A stretch of DNA of 64,000 bases from an uncultured Actinomycetota bacterium (GTDB lineage: Bacteria; Actinomycetota; UBA4738; HRBIN12): the NCBI GenBank assembly GCA_963737525.1, contig CAVTTD010000031.1, positions 4,380 to 68,379 of the forward strand. The letters run 5' to 3'. Position 1 is the stretch's first letter. Every line of letters starts with the position of its first letter. This document shows positions 58,031 through 64,000 of this stretch, in pieces. The position numbers and the translations under genes are program-made. The notes beneath the pieces were generated by a model, which was given only the letters and a program-made list of their open reading frames with translations, did no database searches and was not told where the DNA came from.

Positions 58031-59019
58031 CTGAGCACCTCCAGGACCTCGGCGGGACGGGCACCCTCGAAGAGCACCCGATAGATCGCGTCGTGGTACG
58101 GCAGCTGGACCCCTCGATCGCCTGCGAGGCGCCGGACGTGGCGGGTCGACTCGACGCCCTCGACCGTGAGCCCTCCGGCTTCCAGCTCGCGAAGCGTGTC
58201 TTCGGGGGGATCGCCGGTGCCGACGAGCTCCCCGTACAGGCGGTTCCGGCCGCCGAGGCTCGTGACCAGCTGATCGCCGACGCCCGCGAGACCCATCGCC
58301 GTCTCCGACCTGCCGCCCAACTCGGTCACGAGCGTGACGATCTCCTGGGCCGCCCTGGTGAACAGGGCCGCCTTCGCGTTCTGGTAGCCGATGCCGGTGC
58401 TCTTGCCGAGGCCGTCCAGGAGACCGAGACCGATCGCGGCGACGTTCTTCATCATCGAACAGAGCTCGACACCGACCATGTCGTCGGAGTACGAGAGTTG
58501 ATAGTGACGGTCGTCGAACGGCTTGCCCGCTTCCTCGGCGACCGAGAGGACGTCCGCGGCCCAGACGGCGGCCGTGGGGAGACCCTCCGCGAGCTCACGG
58601 GCCAGGCACGGGCCGCCCACCGCGACGACGTCGGCGCCGGCGATCTCCTCGCCGTACACCTCGCTCATCCGTTTGCCCGTCGTCGGCTCGAGGCCCTTGG
58701 CGACGGAGATCGCCACTCGAGCACCGGCGACGTGGCCGCGCACCATCGAGGCCAGCGAGCGAGCCCCCGCCGAGTTCGCCGCGAGCACGGCGATCTCGAC
58801 GTCGGCGGCCGCGGCGTCGAGCTCGTTCGGGCCTCGGAGCTCGACGCCGTCGGGCAGGTGTTCCGGGAGCAGAGGGTGCTTCCGTTCCTCCCGCATCGCG
58901 GCATAGGCCGCCAGGTCGTGTTCGTTCGCCCAGAGCGAGGTGGGGAGGCCCGCCCGAGCCGCGTGCATCGCGAACGCCGTTCCCATCGCGCCCGCCCCGA
59001 AGACCGTCACCCGCGCCAT
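58027..59019 (-). CDS. gpsA: NAD(P)H-dependent glycerol-3-phosphate dehydrogenase
   Basis: This is the in-frame ATG 59019 ([15 protein letters not shown]) portion of ORF 58027..59079. It carries the block [10 protein letters not shown]. Its stop overlaps the glpX start (ATGA). Confidence 0.9.
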   Translation of the reverse strand: MARVTVFGAGAMGTAFAMHAARAGLPTSLWANEHDLAAYAAMREERKHPLLPEHLPDGVELRGPNELDAAAADVEIAVLAANSAGARSLASMVRGHVAGARVAISVAKGLEPTTGKRMSEVYGEEIAGADVVAVGGPCLARELAEGLPTAAVWAADVLSVAEEAGKPFDDRHYQLSYSDDMVGVELCSMMKNVAAIGLGLLDGLGKSTGIGYQNAKAALFTRAAQEIVTLVTELGGRSETAMGLAGVGDQLVTSLGGRNRLYGELVGTGDPPEDTLRELEAGGLTVEGVESTRHVRRLAGDRGVQLPYHDAIYRVLFEGARPAEVLEVLR

Positions 59020-59077
59020 GCGTCCACGATAGCCGCGTGCCGACCGTGCCCGCCACGTCGGATACCCTTCGCGCATC

Positions 59078-60101
59078 ATGGCGGAGACGCGCTACCTGCA
59101 GGTCGACGACTACGAGCCCGTCGCGAAGGAGAAGCTCCCTCCCGACGTCTACGACTACTACGCCGGCGGCGCGGGGGACGAGCGGACGCTCGCGGAGAAC
59201 CTTCGGTCGTTCGACCGATGGGTGCTCCGCCCACGGTTCCTGCGGGGATCGGGGTTCCCGGATCCCTCGACGGAGTTGCTCGGGACGCGGGTCGAGTTCC
59301 CGGTGCTGGTCGCCCCGTGGGCATATCAGGGCAGAGCGCATCCCGACGGCGAGCGCGGCACGGTCCGCGGCGCGGCCCGTGCCGGCACGATCCCCGTCGT
59401 GTCGTCGACCGCGGTCGACGACCTCGAGGGGATCGCGACGGCGAGCGACGGGCCCAAGTGGTGGCAGCTGTACCTGTTCGCGGACGCGGGGCTGAACGAG
59501 GAGATGCTCGCGCGCGTGGTCGCGGCCGGCTACGAGGCGATCTGCTGGACCGTGGACTTCCCCGTTGCGGGACTCCGGCATCGCGACACGCGGAGCGGGT
59601 TCGTGATGCCGTTCGGCATCGGGGATGACGACTACACCTACGAGCCGAACATGACGTGGGATCACCTCGCCTTCATCCGCGAGCACACGCCCGGCCTCCC
59701 GGTCCTGGTCAAGGGGATCCTCACCGCCGAGGACGCGTTGCTGGCGGTCGAACAGGGGGCCGACGGAGTCGTGGTCTCCAACCACGGCGGGCGGCAGCTC
59801 GATTCGTGCCCGGCATCGCTGGACGCGCTGCCCGAAGTGGTCGAGGCGGTCGGCGGACGGCTCCCGATCCTGATGGACGGTGGGGTCCGGCGAGGGAACG
59901 GACGTGCTGAAGGCGATCGCGCTCGGCGCCGCGGCCGTGATGGTCGGACGGCCCGCCGCGTGGGGCCTGGCCGCGGAGGGCGAGGACGGCGTCGCGGGCG
60001 TGCTCGGCATCCTTCACGCGGAGGTCGAGAACGCGATGGCGCTCACCGGGTGCCGATCGATCGCGGAGATCGGCCCGGACCTCGTCGCGCCCGCCCCCTG
60101 A
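59078..60101 (+). CDS. FMN-dependent alpha-hydroxy-acid dehydrogenase/oxidase (LldD/glycolate-oxidase family), frameshifted
   Basis: ORF 59078..60136 carries [19 protein letters not shown] and [10 protein letters not shown]. It joins ORF 59880..60101 ([20 protein letters not shown]). An extra A at AA 59897-59898 breaks DGGVRRGTDV. Confidence 0.85.
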
Positions 60102-60149
60102 TCGTTCGTCCGTGGACGGTTCCGGCGGCGGTCTGACACCCTTCCCGCG

Positions 60150-60980
60150 ATGCCCGGCTACGACCTGCACAGTCATTCGAACCGCTCGGACGGGACGCTC
60201 CGGCCGGCCGAGGTGATGGTGCTCGCCGCGCAGCGCGACCTCGCCGGGGTCGCGCTGACGGATCACGACACGTTCGACGGGCTCGCCGAGGCCGCGATCA
60301 CGGCGGACGAGCTCGATCTCGAGTTCGTGCCCGGGATCGAGTTCTCGGCGGAACACGACGGCGCGAGCCTCCACATCCTCGGGTACTGGGTGGACCCTGA
60401 GGATCGCGCGATCGAGGCCGAGCTGCTCCGACTCACGGCCACACGCCTCCGGCGTGGCGAGATGATCGTCGAGAAGCTGCGCGAGCTCGGCTTCGACATC
60501 TCCCTCGAACGGGTCCTGGAGCTCGCCGGCGGGGAGGCGATCGCGAGACCGCACATCGCCCAGGCGATGGTGGAGGCGGGGATCGTCGCGGACGAGAAGG
60601 AAGCCTTCGACCGCTACATCTCCGACGAGGGCCTCGCCTACGTCCCGAAGCACGCGCTCCCGCCGATGGAAGCGCTCCGCTTGATCGCGGAGGCCGGAGG
60701 AGTATGCGTGCTCGCCCATCCCGGCATGTGGCGAGGGAACGACACCGTCCCCGACGAGCTGATCGAAGAGATGGCGGCGGGAGGGATGGTTGGCCTCGAG
60801 GTCCTCCATCCCGATCACGATGAGGAGATGCGCGACAAGTACTCGGCGATGGCGGAGCGGCTCGACCTGGTGGCGACGGCCGCCTCCGATTGTCACGGGG
60901 AGCGCTACGGCTTCCGGATGGGTGCGGAGCGAACGGATGCCGAGACGTACGCGCAGCTCAAGCGGCGCGCGGGCCGCTAG
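60150..60980 (+). CDS. PHP-domain metal-dependent phosphoesterase (TrpH/YciV-like)
   Basis: 276 aa. Motifs are YDLHSHSNRSDG, LTDHDT, LAHP and SDCHG. Confidence 0.85.
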   Translation: MPGYDLHSHSNRSDGTLRPAEVMVLAAQRDLAGVALTDHDTFDGLAEAAITADELDLEFVPGIEFSAEHDGASLHILGYWVDPEDRAIEAELLRLTATRLRRGEMIVEKLRELGFDISLERVLELAGGEAIARPHIAQAMVEAGIVADEKEAFDRYISDEGLAYVPKHALPPMEALRLIAEAGGVCVLAHPGMWRGNDTVPDELIEEMAAGGMVGLEVLHPDHDEEMRDKYSAMAERLDLVATAASDCHGERYGFRMGAERTDAETYAQLKRRAGR

Positions 60981-61019
60981 TGGCATCTCAGAACTGAGAT
61001 CGGACGTGAGGCGCGCGCG

Positions 61020-61685
61020 ATGACGATCGAGATGGTCTTCCTCGACATCGGCGGCGTGTTGTACGACGACACCGTGTACGCGCGCGCCTGGCATCGCGCT
61101 CTGCGCGATGCCGGCGCGCGCTTCACGGACGCCGAGTTCGACGAGGAATACACGCGCGCGCGGACGGCGCAATCCGGGTCGTTCCGGCGCCGGCTCATCG
61201 CGCGGTTCCTCCCCGACGGCGATCTCCGGGAGCTGGAGGCGCTCGCGGCCCGCTCCTGGCACTATCCGCCCACCGCGCTCTACGAGGATGCGATCCCTTG
61301 CCTCGAAGAGCTGCGCGGTCGCTACCGTCTCGGGGTGATCGCCAACCAGCCCGGGGAGGTTCGCACGGCGCTGCGACGTGACGGTCTCGAGCCGTTCTTC
61401 GAGGTCTGGGGTGTCTCCGACGAACTCGGCGTCGGCAAGCCGGATCCCGCGCTCTTCGAGCTCGCCGTGAAAGCCGCCGGCGTGGCGCCGGGATCCGGCG
61501 TCATGGTCGGCGACCGCCTCGACTACGACATCCGTCCGGCGAAACGAGTGGGTCTGAAAGCGATCTGGATGCTCCGCGGCGAGGCACCGGACGAACCCAG
61601 CCCCGAGCAGCTGGCCGAGACCGACGGAGCGATCCGGGGTCTCGTGGAGCTTCCCGCGGAGCTGGAGAGGTTGTCGTCGGCATGA
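61020..61685 (+). CDS. HAD-superfamily hydrolase
   Basis: 221 aa. Motif I is FLDIGGVL, followed by VIANQ and GKPDPALF. Motif IV is MVGDRLDYDI. Confidence 0.8.
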   Translation: MTIEMVFLDIGGVLYDDTVYARAWHRALRDAGARFTDAEFDEEYTRARTAQSGSFRRRLIARFLPDGDLRELEALAARSWHYPPTALYEDAIPCLEELRGRYRLGVIANQPGEVRTALRRDGLEPFFEVWGVSDELGVGKPDPALFELAVKAAGVAPGSGVMVGDRLDYDIRPAKRVGLKAIWMLRGEAPDEPSPEQLAETDGAIRGLVELPAELERLSSA

Positions 61686-63002
61686 GCATCACCGCCGGCG
61701 GCTCGCAGCGGCACATCCTCGTCGTGGGCGCCGGTTTCGCGGGGTTGCACGCGGCGATGGGATCGAAGGGAGCCGTCGCCGCGGGCCATCGCGTGACGGT
61801 CATCAACCAGGAGAGCTTCTTCCAGTACCAACCGTTCCTGCCCGAGGTCGCCTCGGGCACGATCGACCCGAGAGCGGCGGTCGTCCCGCTCCGTCGCGTG
61901 TTGAAGCACTGCCGGATCCTGATCGGCGAGGTCTTCCGTGTGGATCACGACGCGCGCGAAGCGCATCTGCGCACGGCGAGCGGTGACGAGCGGACGATCG
62001 GCTACGACGTCCTCGTGCTCGCTCCCGGATCCCGGTCGCGCGTGCTGCCGGTTCCGGGGCTCGCCGAACACGGGATCGGTTTCAAGACCGTCCAGGAGGC
62101 GATCTACCTCCGGAACCACGTCCTGGCGCAGCTCGACGTCGCGGCGTCCGAGGAGGACGCCGCGCGCCGCCGAGCTGCGCTCACGTTCGTCTTCGTCGGC
62201 GGCGGGTACGCCGGCGTCGAGGCGCTCGGCGAGCTCGAGGACCTCGCACGCGACGCGATCGAGAACTATCCCGACCTCGAGGCATCCGAGATGCGCTGGG
62301 TGCTCGTCGACGTCGGCCGACCGGATCCTTCCCGAGCTCCCGGAAGGCCTTGCCTCCTACGCGCAGGATCTCCTCCAGCGGCGCGGGATCGAGGTCAAGC
62401 TCGCGACCCGGCTCGAGTCGGCCGAGGGCGGTGTGATCCGGCTGTCGGACGGAGATGCGTACCCCGCCGAGACGCTGGTGTGGACGGCGGGGGTGAAGCC
62501 GTCACCGCTCGCTCGGGCGTCGGGGCTGCCGGTGGACGAGCAGGGCAGACTGCTCGTCGACCGCTACCTCCGGGTGGAAGGTGTCGAGGACGTGTGGGCC
62601 GCCGGCGACGCCGCCTCCGTTCCGGACGAGACCACCGGGGGACTGTCGCCGCCCACCGCGCAACACGGGCTCCGCCAGGGCAAGCGCGTCGCGGCCAACA
62701 TCTCGGCGACCCTCGCCGGCGATCCGCTCCAGCCGTTCGTGTACGCGAACATCGGCGGCGTGTGCTCGCTCGGCCGCTACAAAGGCGTTGCGGTCGTCAA
62801 GGGGTTCAAGTTCCGAGGGTTCCTCGGGTGGTTCCTGCACCGCTCGTATCACCTGCTCGCGATGCCCACGTGGACGCGGCGCGTGAAGATCGCGATGGAC
62901 TGGACGGTGGCGCTGCTCTTCCCTCGGGACCTGGCGCAGCTCGGCTCGCTCGGGCGACCTCGGGATCCCTTCGAGCAGGCATCGGGCGATCAGCCCGGCT
63001 GA
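61682..63002 (+). CDS. ndh: Type II NADH:quinone oxidoreductase (NDH-2), frameshifted
   Basis: ORF 61682..63556 gives the N-terminal part (ILVVGAGFAGL, FVFVGGGYAGVE). It joins the frame of ORF 61938..63002 (ADRILPELPEGL...VWAAGDAA). An extra G at 62315-62316 makes the shift. An ATGA overlap joins it to the HAD gene. Confidence 0.85.
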
Positions 63003-63013
63003 GCCCTCCGGGT

Positions 63014-63475
63014 TCAGGCGCCGCGCTTGCGCTGGAGCTGGCTGGCCGCCTGGAGCGCCGCATGCGACCCGGCGATGTCCGGCATCTCATGACCTCCGGA
63101 GAGCTCATCGGCCGCCCAGCGGGTCATGTCCCGGATCGACACGATCCCGACGACGTTGCCGCCGTCCACGATCGGCAGGTGGCGGATGTTGTTCGACACC
63201 ATCAGCTCGGCCGCTTGGGAGAGCTCGGTCTTGGGATCCACCGTGATCAGGTCGAGGCGGGTCATGCCGCCCTCGACGGTCGTGGTGTTCGGGTCACCGC
63301 CCTCGGCCACGAGGTTCACGATGTCGCGCTCGGTGACGATCCCTTCGAGCTTCTTGCCGTCCAGCACGACGACCGAGGAGATCCCGTTCGAACGCATCAT
63401 CTTGGCGACGTCTGCGAACGAATCGCTCGCGCTTGCCGTCTTGACGTCGGAGTGCATGATCTCGCCGACGAGCAT
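63014..63475 (-). CDS. CBS-pair domain protein
   Basis: 153 aa with two CBS motifs: ISSVVVLDGKKLEGIVTERDI and RHLPIVDGGNVVGIVSIRDM. Confidence 0.85.
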   Translation of the reverse strand: MLVGEIMHSDVKTASASDSFADVAKMMRSNGISSVVVLDGKKLEGIVTERDIVNLVAEGGDPNTTTVEGGMTRLDLITVDPKTELSQAAELMVSNNIRHLPIVDGGNVVGIVSIRDMTRWAADELSGGHEMPDIAGSHAALQAASQLQRKRGA

Positions 63476-63555
63476 CGATCCTCCTGGCGGCCGGTGGAGG
63501 CGTCAGCCTACTACGGAGGCCCTCCCGCAGATCCGCCGGGTGACATCATGCGGTG

Positions 63556-64000
63556 ATGCCGAAGTCCACCTACGTCGCGAACGTCACGGTGTTCGATGGT
63601 CGAACCGTGAAGAAGGGCCAAGGAGTCCTCTTCGGCGCCGACGGGATCGAATGGGTCGGCGCGCATGCACGAGCTCCGAAGGGAGCGAGCGCCGCACGTG
63701 AGGTCGACGGCGCCGGGAAGACCTTGCTCCCGGGACTGATCGACGTTCATGTGCACCTCCAGTTCGACGGCGACGCCGACTTCGAGAAGGAATCGAAGGA
63801 ACTGACGAGCTGCCGGCTTCGCCGCGATCAAAGCGATGAACAACGCGAAGCGGAACCTCGACGCCGGCGTGACCACGGTCCGGGACCTCGGCGGGATGGG
63901 CGGCGCGAGCATCGACGTCGCGAGGGCCGTGGCCGTCGGTCTGATCCCGGGGCCTCGGATCCTCGCGGCCGGTCACGCGCTCACGGTCACGGGCGGCCAC
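63556..64000 (+). CDS. Metal-dependent amidohydrolase (imidazolonepropionase/prolidase-related), frameshifted and truncated by window edge
   Basis: It is absent from the ORF track because it has no stop inside the window. ATG 63556 begins MPKSTYVANVTVFDGRT...LLPGLIDVHVHL. After about 63808 the +1 frame continues AGFAAIKAMNNAKRNLDAGVTTVRDLGG...GPRILAAGHALTVTGGH to nt 64000. Confidence 0.7.
   Translation, partial: MPKSTYVANVTVFDGRTVKKGQGVLFGADGIEWVGAHARAPKGASAAREVDGAGKTLLPGLIDVHVHLQFDGDADFEKESKELTSCRLRRDQSDEQREAEPRRRRDHGPGPRRDGRREHRRREGRGRRSDPGASDPRGRSRAHGHGRP

Noticed and set aside
1-64000. Mobile elements, prophage genes, toxin-antitoxin pairs or defence systems (restriction, Cas, retron, CBASS-like).
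   Set aside because: No transposase, integrase, recombinase, phage structural, reverse-transcriptase, nuclease-helicase or cyclase-effector signatures were recognised in any frame. The only nuclease-like candidate (DUF429-like, 11772-12614) sits inside a metabolic operon. Absence is based on eye inspection only.
1-64000. Programmed ribosomal frameshifting or recoding as the explanation for the frame hops.
   Set aside because: The shifts occur in unrelated housekeeping genes, in both directions. Slippery heptamers and downstream structures are absent. The shifts often come in clusters of two or three within tens of nucleotides and frequently fall at short homopolymers. Sequence error, or decay in the 19.8-21.4 kb hotspot, explains them better.

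Overview
Very GC-rich (about 70% by eye), tightly packed bacterial chromosome segment. The gene content points to Actinomycetota (inference): 7Fe ferredoxin FdxA, F420/LLM oxidoreductases, an Lsr2-like protein, a PIG-L/LmbE deacetylase. I support about 65 protein-coding genes and see no rRNA, complete tRNA, CRISPR array, transposase or integrase.

Most of the window is housekeeping or metabolic:
- reverse transsulfuration (cbs, cystathionine gamma-lyase) and metF
- histidine utilisation, split between hutU at 17-18.6 kb and hutH/hutI at 34.3-37 kb
- glpX-gpsA, ndh, lgt, pepA, the Fe-S proteins iscA and mrp, and a pilT-like ATPase
- a c-di-GMP pair (REC-GGDEF and REC-EAL) and a soluble GAF-4xPAS histidine kinase

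Two multigene units have no assigned function and are the best candidates for something new:
1. A roughly 13.6-kb, 12-gene minus-strand operon (19770-33381) with a divergent XRE-cupin regulator. It holds two amidohydrolases, a complete ABC importer, a creatinase-like M24 hydrolase, TPP-dependent E1 alpha/beta without E2, a bicupin and two dehydrogenases.
2. A five-gene minus-strand unit (49532-53873): nfeD, SPFH, ECF sigma, anti-sigma and a membrane-anchored blue-copper protein. It faces a second ECF sigma / zinc-type anti-sigma pair.

The main technical observation is that at least 35 single-nucleotide frame disruptions interrupt otherwise well-conserved genes, often at short mononucleotide runs and often in clusters of 2-3. 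This looks like indel-type sequence error, with a possible real decay hotspot at 19.8-21.4 kb. Frameshift positions are approximate and come from reading the three frames by eye. All family assignments come from motif recognition only; no searches were run.
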